Notes: generated by a model not told the origin, from the sequence alone. DNA of 64,000 nucleotides from Vicugna vicugna (GCA_013265495.1 MU058198.1:880419-944418); one strand, 5' to 3'. Shown: positions 37,561 to 51,295, counted from the stretch's first letter. A program made the numbers and translations.

Positions 37561-38750
37561 TTTTTTTTAACATTTTTTATTGATTTATAATCATTTTACA
37601 ATGTTGTGTCAAATTCCAGTGTTCAGCACAATTTTTCAGTCATTCATGGACATATACACACTCATTGTCACATTTTTTTCTCTGTGATTTATCATAACAT
37701 TTTGTGTATATTTCCCTGTGCTATACAGTGTAATCTTGTTTATCTATTCTACAATTTTGAAATCCCAGTCTATCCCTTCCCACCCTCTACCCCCCTGGTA
37801 ACCACAAGTCTGTATTCTCTGTCCATGAGTCTATTTCTGTCCTGTATTTATGCTTTGTTTTTGTTTGTTTGTTTGTTTTTGTTTTTGTTTTTTAGATTCC
37901 ACATATGAGCGATCTCATATGGTATTTTTCTTTCTCTTTCTGGCTTACTTCACTTAGAATGACATTCTCTAGGAGCATCCATGTTGCTGCAAATGGCGTT
38001 ATGTTGTCGGTTTTTATGGCTGAGTAGTATTCCATTGTATAAATATAACACATCTTCTTTATCCAGTCACCTATTGATGGACATTTAGGCTGTTTCCATG
38101 TTTTGGCTATTGTAAATAGTGCTGCTATGAACATTGGAGTGCAGGTGTCATCCTGAAGTAGATTTCCTTCTGGATACAAGCCCAGGAGTGGGATTCCTGG
38201 GTCATATGGTAAGTCTATTCCTAGTCTTTTGAGGAATCTCCACACTGTTTTCCATAGTGGCTGCACCAATCTGCGTTCCCACCAGCAGTGTAGGAGGGTT
38301 CCCCTTTCTCCACAGCCTCTCCAGCATTTGTCATTTTTGGATTTTTGAATGACGGCCATTCTGACTGGTGTGAGGTGATACCTCATTGTAGTTTTGATTT
38401 GCATTTCTCTGATAATTAGTGATATTGAGCATTTTTTCATGTGCTTTTTGATCATTTGTATGTCTTCCTTGGAGAATTGCTTGTTTAGGTGTTCTGCTCA
38501 TTTTTGGATTGGGTTGTTTATTTTTTTCTTATTGAGTCGTATGAGCTGCTTGTATATTTTGGAGATCAAGCCTTTGTCGGTTTCACTTGCAAAAATTTTC
38601 TCCCATTCCGTAGGTTTTCTTCTTGTTTCATTTCTGGTTTCCTTTGCTCTGCAGAAGCTTGTAAGTTTCATTAGGTCCCATTTGTTTATTCTTGCTTTTA
38701 TTTCTTCTAGGAGAAAATTTTTGAAATGTATGTCAGATAATATTTTGCCT
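37561..38750 (-). mobile_element. Young 5'-truncated LINE-1 (~1.2 kb) with perfect TSD
   Basis: 14-bp TSD agatttagactctt at 37547-37560 and 38751-38764, poly(T) at 37559-37568. ORF 37892..38455 is the L1 ORF2 C-terminus ([28 protein letters not shown]...MEYYSAIK). Confidence 0.97.
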
Positions 38751-38877
38751 AGATTTAGACTCTTGAGACATCTTAAAATCTATATTGATCCCAGCTCTCG
38801 TGAACCTGGATGAATGGTTTATGAGAGCTGTGGTTTATGAAACGTTCTTTATCACATCTCCACACAATGACAGAGAG

Positions 38878-39250
38878 GCTGCCTCAGGGCCTTTGCACTT
38901 GTGGTTCCCCCTCCACCCGGAACACACTACCCTCCATCTTCTCATAGTTGCCAACATGTTGTCCTTCAAGTCCTTTAGGGAAGACATCCCTGAAGAGCTT
39001 GGCTAAAGCAGGGCTCTCTATTCTTAGCTCTCTTCTATCCTGTCATTCTGTGCTATTTCCTTCGGAGCACTTATCCTGAGCTCAATTTATCTAATTGGTT
39101 TGCATGCTTACTTTTCTCTGCTCCACCAGAATGTAAGCTCTGCAAGGGCAGAGACCTCATCTAAGTGGTTTAGCCATGTCTTCTGAGCTGGAATTGTACC
39201 CGGCACATGGCAAATGCTCAATAAACATGTGTCCAATGAATGAATGAATC
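38878..39250 (+). mobile_element. LINE-2 3' end
   Basis: cctcagggcctttgcacttg...agaatgtaagctc...ggcacatggcaaatgctcaataaa...aatgaatgaatgaat. Confidence 0.85.
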
Positions 39251-42200
39251 AACTTAATTACAGTGGCTAGCATTTACTGGGCAGCCGCTAGTGCCAGGGA
39301 TTGGCTGAGCACTTTAGATACATCAACCTGTCTAGTCCTGCAAATGTTACCACCTCGGGTCTTGCAGCTCAGGAAACTGGTTCTCGAAGACTGTGTCATG
39401 CCTGCTTGAGTTCGCAGCTAGTGATGTCAGACCTTGTTTTTTGACCTAGGACCTCCTTTTCAAAACCCTCTGCTCTCTACACCATGCCTGTATGCTGCCT
39501 CCCTGGGCAGAGGGGAAATGTCTGCACTCCCCTTTCCCCACCTCCAGTCCCTGGGGGCCCTTCAGAAGGGAATTAACCGAAACATTCCTGGCTGCCCCCA
39601 GCCTTGCGCAGTAAGCTCTGTTTCTGGGGTTGGGGGCAGCGGTTGGGAGGGGCACCCAGGGATCTGGCTGCATCTCAGGTCCCAGAGCCCCCGAATCTGC
39701 ACGCTCCCTCTGCCACGGCCACCCGCACGACAGCCTAGCCGTCACGTAGCGCTGGACTGCAGGTGCTCTGCACCAGACCCCCTTTCAGGAAGGAAATGCA
39801 ATTAGGGCTGCACAGTTGGCAGACTTCATCTCCATTCCTCCCTTGGGAGAGGACTCGTAGGGCAGTGCGTGGGACTGCATGTGCCCGTGCATGTGACTGT
39901 GTGTGCGTGTGTGCGTGCGTGTCTCGGGTTAACCCCTGCAGGATTCACAGGGCATCTTTGGGACGGGGAGGAAGTCACGCTTCTCATTCCTGCCAGTGAC
40001 ACTTGCTTTCTCCTTCAGTAATAATAGTTACATTTCTTGAAGACTTACCCTGTGCCAGGTACTATGTCGAGCACTTTATGTGTAAAGTGTCACTTGAAAC
40101 TCATAACCACTTTATGAGGTTAGTGTTACTGTCACTGTCAATCCCATGTTACCGATAAGAAAACAGACTCAGGCTGAGTCCGTCCAGCTAGCAAGTGTCC
40201 AGGACCAGAATTAATCCCAGGTCGGTGAAACCCCACTTGTCTACCACATTGTACCACCTTTTCTAGTGGATATTGCAGCTCTATTTTTTAAGCAGATTGA
40301 AAACCTCTTTCTTTGATTGACATTCAAACGTTCTTTTCTTCATTTCATTTTTCATAGGTGTCCCTGCATCGTAACTCTTTCATCGTCATTGTTGCATTAC
40401 TCGGGGTGGGCAAAGTGAAGCTGCAGTCACAAACGTCACCAAAGTATAGTTGCTTAATACAAATCCATTTCTTACTCATTTAAAATTCACTGTGGCTTTG
40501 GGTGCCTGACCTCCGTGCTTGGCCCAGATTCTTTCCACAGTGGCTTGGCAGGGAGAGCATGCAGACAATCACTGAGTAACTCTCAAAGGCCAAGAAGGGA
40601 TATTTGCCACTCATGCTCATGTTCCATTGGCCAAAGAAAGTCATACGTCTACGCCTCACCTTAAGAGGGTGTCTGCCCAGAAAGAGAGGAGAGCCTCAAC
40701 TCTTGTTGAGTCCTAGTAATGTCTCCCACATTATCTCTCCCTTCTCCTTTCTCTTCCTACTTGCTGTGTCTGATTGATCCCTCTCAAATACCCGTCAAAT
40801 CTACCCAGCCTTCCAGGTGTCATATTATTAATCATATAAGGGCCATAGAAGGGTCAGATCCCAGACTTTCGTGGCTCATAGATCTGGACAAAGCTCTTGG
40901 CTCCACCATTCTCTTTATTAGCTGAGTAATTTTGAGCAAGATACTTGGCCTAAGTTTCAGTTATCTCACCTGTAAAACGGGTTGACAAGGAGTCCTGCTT
41001 TGAGGGATAATGAGGGTTACATGAGATAATCTATGTAAAGCTCCCAGCTTTGTACTTAGTGTTCAGTAAGACTGGTGATAATAGTAAGAGTTAACATCAT
41101 TAATATCCACCGAGTGCTCATAGCAGGTGCTCAATTAATGGTATCTATTAGAATGATTTTGACTATTCCAACTTTTAAATTATATTATGGTTATTTATGA
41201 ATGCTCCTTACCTCTCATTCATTCATTCACTCATTCACTCATTCATTTATTGAAAAAGTATCCGTTGAGAGTCATCCCTGTGCCCTGTGCTGTCTTACTA
41301 GTTAGAGAAATGTTGGGAAAGACGTTTGACCCAGTCCCTGCCTGCACATAAATTACACTCTCTTCTTCCTCTCTTCTCCTCCCCTTTGTATTTTTTCCCT
41401 CTTTCTCTTCTCTCCTTCCCCCTTTCCTTTCTCTCTTCCTCAAAGTTCACCTTCATTAGATGTTTCACAGATTTTCACTGAGTGCCGGGACACGGGGTAG
41501 TGAACAAAAACAGGTTCCATTCGTGCCTAATGGCACAGAAGCAATTTCCATTTAAGACGTGGGCAGTGCAGGCTCTGCTTCTGAGTGCTGAGCAGGCCTG
41601 GCTCTTTGACCCCTAGAACGCCCTACTACCTGGATCAAGTTCCGCTGCCCTCTCCTCACCCTGGGCATCCTCCCCAAAGCTCCCTTACATTTTCTCATCA
41701 GCACCAGTGGCCACCGGAGCTTCCTGATTCTTAGCGGGGCTCTGGGATAAAGCAGCACACAGCCCCTGACCGGCTGCTTTCTCGTACATTTCAGGGCACT
41801 GTTCCGCCTTCCTGCATGAATGGCCAGAGCTGATGGACAGGAATCCTCTTTCCGCCATGCTGACCGGTGACCATGTCCTAGCAAGGCTGCACCTCTGAGA
41901 AGAGAGAAGAAAGGGTCACTGGTAGGGTTTCAGCTTTGGGTTGTACAATGCAAATAATGGGAGCTTTTCAGTACACGTGAGGCCTGGTTTACCAGAAAGA
42001 CTGAAAAACTGGGAGCAGAGAGACCTGTTGTTTGATTCCAGCTCAGCCTCTAGCGTGCTGTGTGATGTGGGAGAAATTCCTTTCCTTCTCTGGCATCACA
42101 TCTGTGACGTCTGATTCTTGCAAAGTCTTCGCGATTTTCCCATATCTGTGTACTAACTGGAGACTTAATTCTTTGACTTTTTTCCCTTTAAAATGACTCA

Positions 42201-42589
42201 TCTTAAATTTACTTTAAAAGGAACAATTATGCAATATTTATATCACATATTTATGTCATGAATAAAAAACCAATTATCAATCAATTGCCATAAACAGAAG
42301 ACAATCATAAAGATACAGAGAAGAAAAACAAACTTACTCTTCAATTCAGTTCCGATGCTGTTGCCCATTGCAAGCTCTGAGTCTGGGACCTGCCAGGATT
42401 TGTTAAATAGGAAAATGGCACGTTGTAGAGAGGCGTTACAGACTGCCAGCCCCAGATGGAGACCTTCTATGTGAGGCGATCAGGATGGTCGAAGGAGAAC
42501 AAAGCAGGAAGGTACTGCCCCACGCTACAGATTGATATTATTTCATGTCATGTCTGGGCACCACATAAAAACCAGTCTCTATTCTTATC

Positions 42590-43012
42590 AGTAACATCTC
42601 AATTAAAATGAGTCACGTGAATTTTGTTTCCCAGTGCATATACAGTTATGTTTACCCTACACTGTAGTCTATTAAGTATGCGATAGCATTATGTCTAAAA
42701 AAACAAGGTACATACCTTAGTTAAAAAATACTTTATTGCTAAAAATTACTAACCATCATCTGAACCTTCAGGGTGTTGTAGTAGTAACACCAAAGATGAC
42801 TGATCACAGATCACCAGAACAAATATAATAATAATCATGATGATGAAGTATTTTGAGAATTATCAAAACGTGACTCAGAGACACAAAGTGAGCAAATGCT
42901 GCTGGAAAAATGGCGCCAATACACTCAGCGCTGGGTTGCCACAAACCTCTAATTGCAAAAATGAATCTGCAGAGTGTGATAAAGCAAAGTGTAATAAAAC
43001 AAGGTATGCCTG
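42590..43012. mobile_element. Tigger (Tigger1/Tigger2a-like) internal-deletion derivative
   Basis: gtagtagtaacaccaaagatgactgatcacagatcacc...gacacaaagtgagcaaatgctgctggaaaaatggcgcc...aataaaacaaggtatgcctg followed by TA. Confidence 0.88.
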
Positions 43013-43436
43013 TACTAAACCATCCCATTATAAACAGGCAACTTTGAGACACCAAGTAAATCTGCTTAACTTTCTTAGTTTATTAGAAAAAAAACAACAA
43101 CCAAAAAACCAACAAATTCCCCCTCAGCCTCATGCCTCCCTGCAGCGAGTGGCTCCCTTCCTCTTAACCTTCCTTCCTGACAAACTTCTTGGCCAGCTGC
43201 CCCCAGTACCTTATCTCCTGCTTACTTTGGCACCCAGCCTCTGACAACCAGCCTCCCACCCACTCACTGCTTTGAAACTGCTAATGCCAAGGAGATGTCT
43301 GGTCATCTTCTACTTTAACCTGATAGCATTTGTTTAGCTAATTACTTCCTGTTTCTTGAAATTTGGACATCCAGACATCACAATTTTATGGTTCCCCCTG
43401 AACACCCAATTATTTCGTTTCATGAATATTTTATTT

Positions 43437-44058
43437 GTATTAGATTTCTACCACTGTGTAACAGATTACTGCAAATTTAGTAGTTTAGTAATTTAGGCTT
43501 AAAACAACACACCTTTATGGTCTCAGTTTCTCTGGGTCAGGAGTCTGGATACAGCTTACCTGCGTCCTCTGCTTGGGTCCAAGAATGCTAAAATTAAGGG
43601 ACTGGCTGGGCTGTGTTATCATCTGGACTCTCGACTGGGGAAAAATTCAGACCCAAGATCAGTCAGCTGCTGACAGAATTCGTTTCCTTGTGACTATATC
43701 ACTGAAGACTCATGCTTCTTGCAGGGTGGTAGCTGAGGGCAGCTCTTAGATCCTAGACGGCTGCCCACAGTTCCCAGCCATGTGGCTCTCCCACAGCATG
43801 CTAGCTTATTTGTCAAAGCCAGAAAGAGTCTCTCACTCTAGTCTGCTAAGACAGAGTCTTACAGAATGTAATGCAATCGTGCCATGGCATCCTATCACCT
43901 TTGCCGTAGGATACAACCTAATCATGAGAATGAAAACCTACCCTCTTTGATGTATTCTATTGGTTAGAATCAAGTCATAAGTCCTGCCTGCACTCATAGG
44001 GAGGGGACTGAATAAGGATTTGACTCATTGGAGTTTGCTTTAGGATCTATCTGCCACA
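43437..44058 (-). mobile_element. MaLR LTR (MLT1E-like)
   Basis: tgtattaga...tgtaacagattac...ggcttaaaacaacac...tgggtcaggagtctgg...ttggttagaatcaagtca...tctgccaca. Confidence 0.85.
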
Positions 44059-44059
44059 T

Positions 44060-44940
44060 TATTATAAAATATAGCAAATGCACAGAAATTCATGGGAAAT
44101 AACAGAAAGGTCATTTATCTATATAACATCTTGATATTTTGCCTTGCTTGTTTCAGAGTTTTCAAAAGTAATGAAACATATCCGATAGAGGTTCACTCCT
44201 GGTATGTCTGTCCTCTTCTTAATTTTTCCCTCTTGTCCAAGAAGTGTTTACTGTAAGAAATTTGGAATTTAGCATCTCCATTCCTACTTTTTTATACTAT
44301 TTCTTCAAAGGCATGTATGTATGCAGAGAAATCTTATATAAATGAAATCATACTGTACATAAGTGTCAACTTTCAACAGTCCTTTTTTGAGGTTTATCCC
44401 TGTTGACACATGAAGCCTTAGTTCATTCATTTGCTTTGTGGTGGTGCTGCTGGTGTAGTGGTGTCATGCAAGATTCTCATTTGCTTTGGGGTATATTCTG
44501 TTTATTTATCTATCCTCCTGTTGATGGTCATATAGGTTGCTTCCAAATTGTTGCTAATATAGCAATGATGCAATAAATATTATTGTATCCATCTCTTTGA
44601 GCACAAGTGTGAGATTGTTTTTTCCCTAGAGCACATACCTGGAAATGGACTCATTTGGTTGCAAGGTAATGCATCATCAATTTTTCTATATGTTGCCCAG
44701 TTTCTCTTCAGAGAGGCTGTATCCATTTTCACTCTCACCAAGGGTCCTTGTCTTTTCCACATCCACTCAACACTTGAAGTTGTCTATTTCTTTTAATTAT
44801 CATCAGTCTGATAAGTGTGAACATTGTTGTTGTCTTAGTGGTCACATTCCTGATTTTTAGTGAACTACGGCATGCTGTTTATTTTTATTAGCCATCCAGG
44901 TTTCTCTTTTATGAACTGCCTGTTCATAGTCAGAACTTTC
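44060..44940 (-). mobile_element. Ancient LINE-1 fragment (L1ME-like)
   Basis: aatgaaatcatactgta...ttgatggtcatataggttgcttcca...gctgtatccattttcactctcacca...gaactgcctgttcata. Confidence 0.7.
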
Positions 44941-47900
44941 ATCTGTTTTTTTTTTTCTCCCCCAAATGTGTGCCAAGTTGACTGGACCAGGAAGAGAGAC
45001 CGTTTCCCACCTCTGCTTCGGAGGGTCTTGCTCTAGCTCTCGGGTGGCCTTTTCATGTGGTCTCTGTCAGTAACGACAACAATGAGGTCCCCTGAAGTCC
45101 TTCATGATCAGGAGACATCAGCAAGGAGGACCTGGGACGAGAGACGAGGACGGACGGGGAGGACGCCACATGGGCATAGTAGCTGACAACCCGAGCACAT
45201 GTGAAACGGCTGCAGAGACGCCCGGAAATAAGAAGGAGAGACCTGTGTGAACACATGGGGGCAAGATATAAAATGTTTGGGACATTATGATTAATGAAAC
45301 GTTTCAATGTGGCTCTTTGTGTGTCTATAGGATGGTGAGGCAGGGGTATATTTGGATTATTACAGATTTTAGCCCTTTCTGGGGGGGGGCTGTGGGATAA
45401 TAAATATAGCATCAGTTAAATCCTTTTATAACGTTAGCAGCATATAAACCAAAGGGAGAAGTCAGTCTCTCAAAGATTCTGCTGCTCCCCCAGGCAGGGC
45501 CCTCTTATCATAACATCTGTTACTGTCTCACCTCCTCTTGTGGGGGAGGGGTCTACAGCTGTGCTGTCCTTGGCTAGAAGAATATTCTTATTTAACACTT
45601 CAGCTCAGTGGAGACAGGTGGCATATTTAAACACGACTTTGCTAAAGGTCTAGGATTACAGCAGGAAACTAGCAAAGAGAACCTTAAGGAGATAGTCAAG
45701 CCAGGCGCAGAGCTGCTTCTCCAGGTAGACCTGTCTACTAAAGGGAGCTTGGGAAAAATGGCCCAAATCCTTTTATCTTCTGGCTGCAAGCCTCACCCTT
45801 AACATCTCTGCCCCAGGAAAACTATTGTAGACATCCAGATTGTTCAAGTCCAGACAAAGAGAAGCTGAGCCCTGTCTCCCACCTCCCCAGGCACATCTCC
45901 TTTTCCCCTGTCTAATGACCTGCCTCTTCCCCGGGTGGCTGATGCTATGATGACCTCATTTGTGGAAAAGTCCCTGTCCTTTCCCCTCACGGTCGTGGCC
46001 TTTCCCTTGCAGACCTCACTGGGACAGCGATGTCAGAATATATCACCATGCCCCAGTGATCAGATACATGAAGAGGCACACACATATAGCAGCAGGGTGT
46101 CATTTCCTTACAGCTTCTTAGAAGTCAGATATTTACGAGACTAATTTACAATAAGAAGAAGCCCTTGTCTCCAGCTGAGGAATATTTGCATCCTCTCTCA
46201 GAGCCCTGGAGACGTACTTGACATAGTGGGGACAGGTCACCTGTATCAACGCCCACCCAGCAGCAGGACTATGTCCATTTTTCTCATCACTGGAACCAAG
46301 TGATAGCAACTCTAATGAGATGGGCAAGTGGCCTTTATGCAGCTTCCATCATATCACCCTGAAGGCTGAAGGTTTGCTCCAGAGATTGACAGTGGATGCA
46401 AACTGTTTGAGAGAAGGAATTCGGGTAAAACTAGAGGCCACATTTCATTGACAATTGAAATTGAGTATAGAGTGACTGATGGCTGCCTGCCTCTAGTCTT
46501 CCAAACCCTTGATGCTATATCTTTTCCAGGGACTGTCACTAGATGACTGCAATGAATGATATACTTTCTCTACATTGGAAAAGAGAGAGAGAGCTGGAAA
46601 ATGACATAGCTAAACCCTTTCTTCCTGGGAGTGGCCTTGTCATTGCAAAGGTGCCCAAGTTTCCCAGAGAAGTCCTGGACTGTGCCATGTTCCTTTTGTC
46701 CCTATCACAGAGAACTAAATAGTAATGATTAATAATGATACAGTTTTTCTAATAATACAAATATGTTCTAGGTGCTTAAAAATATTATGAATAATTCCCA
46801 CGACCCCCCTTTAAAGTCCATACTATTGCTACTCCTATTTTACATATGATGCAACAATAGCTCAGAGACTGGAAGTAACTTTTCCAATGTCACTCAGCTG
46901 GAAAGTTGTGGAATCAAGATTTGAACCCCCCACCCCCACCAAAAGATTCAAACCCAGATCTGCACGACCCACAACCTTGCACATCAGAAACCTGCCTTTG
47001 AGGGGTTGCAAGGCTGTGAAGTTGTCTGATTTTTGGCACCATCTGTGTTCACTCCTAAAAATGCTATTTGGCATCCTTATTTTAATCAAAGTCAATTAAA
47101 ATTATTTTTGATTTCAAAGCTTTTGGAGACTTGTGTGCCAGTTGTGAGAGATGGGTAGACCAGGACCTAGAGTCTTAGACCCTGAAGTGGAATTATGCCT
47201 TTGGAGGTACCCAATAGCCCTAATTTGAGGCCAGTGAGGCCCCAGGAGGATCAGGAGGATCTTGCCTTTTCTCTTAGTTCTTTAACAGTACAGCATGCCT
47301 GACTAACTCCTTGTAGGCTGTGAAATTCCATGAGTCATATTTGTAGAATTCCCTGGTCATGAGCAAGCGAATCTAAGGGAAACAGTTTTCTCTAATAGTT
47401 CTTTTTTGGCTCATAATTTAGGAATTCTTGATCTTACTCTCAGAAGTATTTGGAATATAACTTCTTTCAACCCTTTTCTCTCATTCCATCCCCAGTCATC
47501 AGCTTTGACTGATTAGTAGGATTGGAAGAAGGAATGCAACAGGTATGAGAAAGCCCCCTTCTCTCTTTATTTCTCAGGCTTCTAGAAAGTAGGAATTCTC
47601 CTTATGTACCCATTTTCCATGATGGAACCCTAACTTCATTGTGATTCAGGCTTAACATCCAGAGGAGGTCCATCTCTAAATGTTCTTGCTAATAAGACTG
47701 TACGTGGGGGACAGGAATTCTTCCTGCAACCATCTAGGTGGCTGTCTTTTATGCAGTTCCAGATTCTCTCATGGGTGTTTGAGCCAAGCTCTGAACTGAT
47801 TGGGTAGGAAGTCTATCGGCCCTGGGTTCAACTGAGGTTTTCCAACGCACCCTTCCAGCAATAGAGCTGACAACTGATCTCTGCTAGCCAATTTCTTGAA

Positions 47901-48678
47901 TCTGTTTCTCAACTGGCTCCATACTCAGAGTGAGGGGATAGATAGGTATGATTTGTCAGCCCCCTTCATCCTCAGTAGTGAGAAATACACACGTTGTGAA
48001 ACCTCGACCAATTGCAGAGAGTTTGAATTAGGGAATTGGCCAAATGACATCATTTAGGAAAGATATATTGTAATTTTCCAGTTCTTACAGCCAACCAAGT
48101 GTTACCAAGTAGCTAAGCAAGTTCTCAATTCTGGCTGTGTATCAGAATCACTCGGGAATGTTTTAGAAAATTCTGATGCCCAGGGCCCATTCCCAGAGGT
48201 TCTGATTTAATTTATCTGGGATTAGATTCTGGACATAGGCTTGAAAAAAAACTCTAGGTGAGTCTAAAGTGCAGCTAAGGTTCAGAATCACTAAAATAAA
48301 GAAGATGCTGTTGCCTCCTTACTTAATAGATCAGTGTTTCCCAAAGCCTAGTGTTTGTGACACAAAGGATGTGCAAGCGGGCTTAGATGTCAGTACCACT
48401 GAAGCACATTGTGAAAAAAATTTTCTGTTTCTGACTTGCTATTAGTCTTTCTGATCAGGTTAAAGAAAAGTCTCAATGTGGTGGTAGTAGGCCTTTAATG
48501 CCTATCTTTTTTTTTTTTTTAAACAAAGAGAGTAGATAGTCTCAGACAATTACGTAAGGTAAAAATTATTGACAATCTTTGATCATTTTCTTTGAATGGT
48601 TTCTATTTATGGCAGGTGACACTGGTTTTCACTTATGGTGGTGATATAAAATTTCCTTTAAAAGGAATTTCCATCTAA

Positions 48679-49412
48679 GAAAAGAGAACCCTTGTATTCT
48701 GTTGGTGTGAATGTAAATTAGTGCAGCCTCTCAGGATAACAGCATACAAGTTTTATCAAAAAACTAAAAAATAGAACTACCATATTACCCATCAATTCAC
48801 TTCTGGGTATATATCAGAAAAAAACAAAAATAAAAACACTAATTTGAGAAGATACATGGGCCCCATTGTTCATAGCAGCGTTATATATGATTGCCAAGGT
48901 ATGGAAATAACTTAAGTGTCCATGAATAAGTGAATGGATACAGAAGATGTAGTATGTATATGTACAATGGAATACTACTCAGCCATAAAAAAGAATGAAA
49001 ATTTTGCCATTTCCAATAACATGGATGTATTTGAAGGGTATTATGCTAAATGAATTAAATCAAATGAAGAAAGACAAATACTGAATGATATCACTTTATG
49101 TGGAATCTAAAAAATAAAACAAATTAGTGAATATGATGAAAAAGAAACAGGTTCACAGATACAGGGAACAAATTAGTAGTTACCAATAGGGAGAGGGAAA
49201 GGGGGAAGGGCAGGATAGGAGTAGGACCAAAAGGTACAAACTATTATGTATAAAAGAAGCTACAAGGAAATATTGTACAACACAGGAAATGTAGTCAACA
49301 TTTTATAATAACTATAAATGGAGTATAACCTTTAAGAATTGTGAACCACTATATTGTACACATGTAACTTATATAATATTATATATCAACTATACTTCAA
49401 TTAGGAAGAAAA
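48679..49412 (+). mobile_element. LINE-1 3' end (older than the camelid-type copies)
   Basis: aaaatagaactaccatat...atggaatactactcagccataaaaaagaatgaa...caactatacttcaatta. Degenerate TSD aaggaatttccatct / aaagaatctccaact. Confidence 0.92.
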
Positions 49413-49544
49413 GAATCTCCAACTTGGCAAACACTGGGATCATCTGAAGAACTTTAAAAAATACTGCTGTCTGGATTTCATCTTGGGTATCGGAATTTCC
49501 CAAAGCTTCCAAATGGTGCAAAACCACTGTTTTAAAAGGCAGCA

Positions 49545-49715
49545 GAACAGTGCTTCTCAAAATTTAATGTGTGTATGAATAACCTGGGAATCTTATTAAA
49601 ATTCAGATTTTGGTTCAGCAAGTTGGGTGGGGCCTTTGATTCTACACTTTCTACAAAGTCTCAGGTGATGCCCATGCAATGCCCCTGGTAGGTGGACCAT
49701 GGCTTGAGGAGCAAG
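49545..49715. mobile_element. MER5A (hAT-Charlie)
   Basis: cagtgcttctcaaaattt...gaataacctgggaatcttattaaaattcaga...caggtgatgccc...ggaccatggcttgag. Confidence 0.8.
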
Positions 49716-49892
49716 GCTCCAGTGGATTTTGTTTCCGTAAGAAATACTACCTTAAATATTTCCATAAAGTAAATAACAATGTTCTAATTCCATTTTTAAT
49801 GAAGGAGGTGGCAATCTTCATCTTCATACATGCAATCTTCTCAACAGATATTATTACCTTTCTTGCGCAAATCAAATTCGCGGCCAAATGGC

Positions 49893-49913
49893 TTCAGCAC
49901 CTCGGACAGATGC
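49893..49913 (+). promoter_or_regulatory. REST/NRSF RE1 (NRSE) silencer element
   Basis: TTCAGCACCTCGGACAGATGC versus consensus TTCAGCACCnnGGACAGCGCC. Both half-site cores are perfect with the canonical 2-bp spacer; only the 3' tail diverges. Confidence 0.75.
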
Positions 49914-50489
49914 ACAGGCAGTGGTTTTGAAGGGCCGGAGCTCAAGCTGGAGTAAGATCAAGAATTGAAATCTGCGTATAGAAGCATTTGCAAAATAGTG
50001 ATTGGAACTGTTCAGGAAAGTTTTAGAAAGTATTTACCTTTTTAATGCCTTATCTGCTAGCAGAGTACTGTTTAATCTATCAGACTTGTGTGGTTAATAC
50101 TCAACTCTGTCAGATTTCATTAGATACATGAATTGGATCGTGAAATAGAACCCTATGGTACTATGACCTGATGATTTCTGACTCTTCATTACTGGAATTA
50201 GAGGATGATTTTAGCCTAAATATCAACCCCGGGTGATGAAAAGGCTAATCAGTACAAGCTGCCAATTCAGGAGAGTGTTGGGATGTGAAGGGAAATGTGC
50301 CAAAGTGCCCTGATGAAGTGGCTCATGGAACCAGACAGGACTGGGCTTAAATAAGAACTCATAAATTAATAATTATTGTGACCTTGCACAAAGTTTAATT
50401 TAATCCCCATGAGACATTATTTTTCTTGTCTGAAAAATGGAGGCAATAACACTTCTTTCCAAGTTATGGTGATTAAGTGAAGTAAGAAG

Positions 50490-51020
50490 ATCACATCAAT
50501 TTCTTACTTAAAATTCTCCATCGGCTTTCCACCAAATTCCCTACCAGCACCCACAAAACTCTACGTGATTTTTCTCCTGTCTTCCCCTCCCTACCTTGTT
50601 CCATACTGTTTTCCCCTGGATCACTATGCTTCAGCAATGCTAGTTTTCTTTGTTCCTTGAGCACTCAAAGTTATTCCCATTTCAAGGCCTCTGTCTTTTT
50701 TTTGTCCCTTAGACTGGAATGCTCTTTGTATGGCTGTTTCTTTTAAACTGGGGTTTCACTTCTGTTGTTAACTTCTCAAAAAGACCTTCCCTGATTAACT
50801 TACCTGCTCTTCTTTCTGCCTGACCCTATTTACTTACTATTATGTATTTCCTAGCACTTATCACTACCTGAAAATATTTCATTGACTTCCTCGTGTATTT
50901 TCTCTTCTACTAGAGTGTAAGTGCCCCAAGGGCAGGGGCCCTGTCTGTCTTGTTCATGGATGCATCCCTGTGCCTAGAATAGAACTTGGCACATAGTGTA
51001 TTTCAATGCATATTAGCCAA
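50490..51020 (+). mobile_element. LINE-2 3' fragment
   Basis: aagaccttccctga...tagcacttatcactacctga...actagagtgtaag...gggcaggggccctgtctgtcttgttca...cctagaatag...ggcacatag. Confidence 0.8.
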
Positions 51021-51295
51021 AGAAGCAAATGACCATAGGAGTGTCCGGGATATGTGGTTATTAAGTGAGTGCCCACTCTCTTGACCATCTTCATTGCTAT
51101 CCTCAAGCATATTCAAGTTGATAGTCTGGTCATTGGAGAGGCTTAGGATTAATAAAAGAAATTTCTAGTAATGAAGGTTAGAAGGCAAGCTTGAGAAGGT
51201 CTATAATACATGTTTCTGTGAATGTGCTAGAAAATCATGGAAATTGGATCTACCAACATCTAAGTTGTGGCTGAGTAATCTTGGGTAGAGTCCAT

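Noticed and set aside
37892..38455. 187-aa ORF as a host gene
   Set aside because: It is the L1 ORF2 C-terminus of a 5'-truncated insertion.
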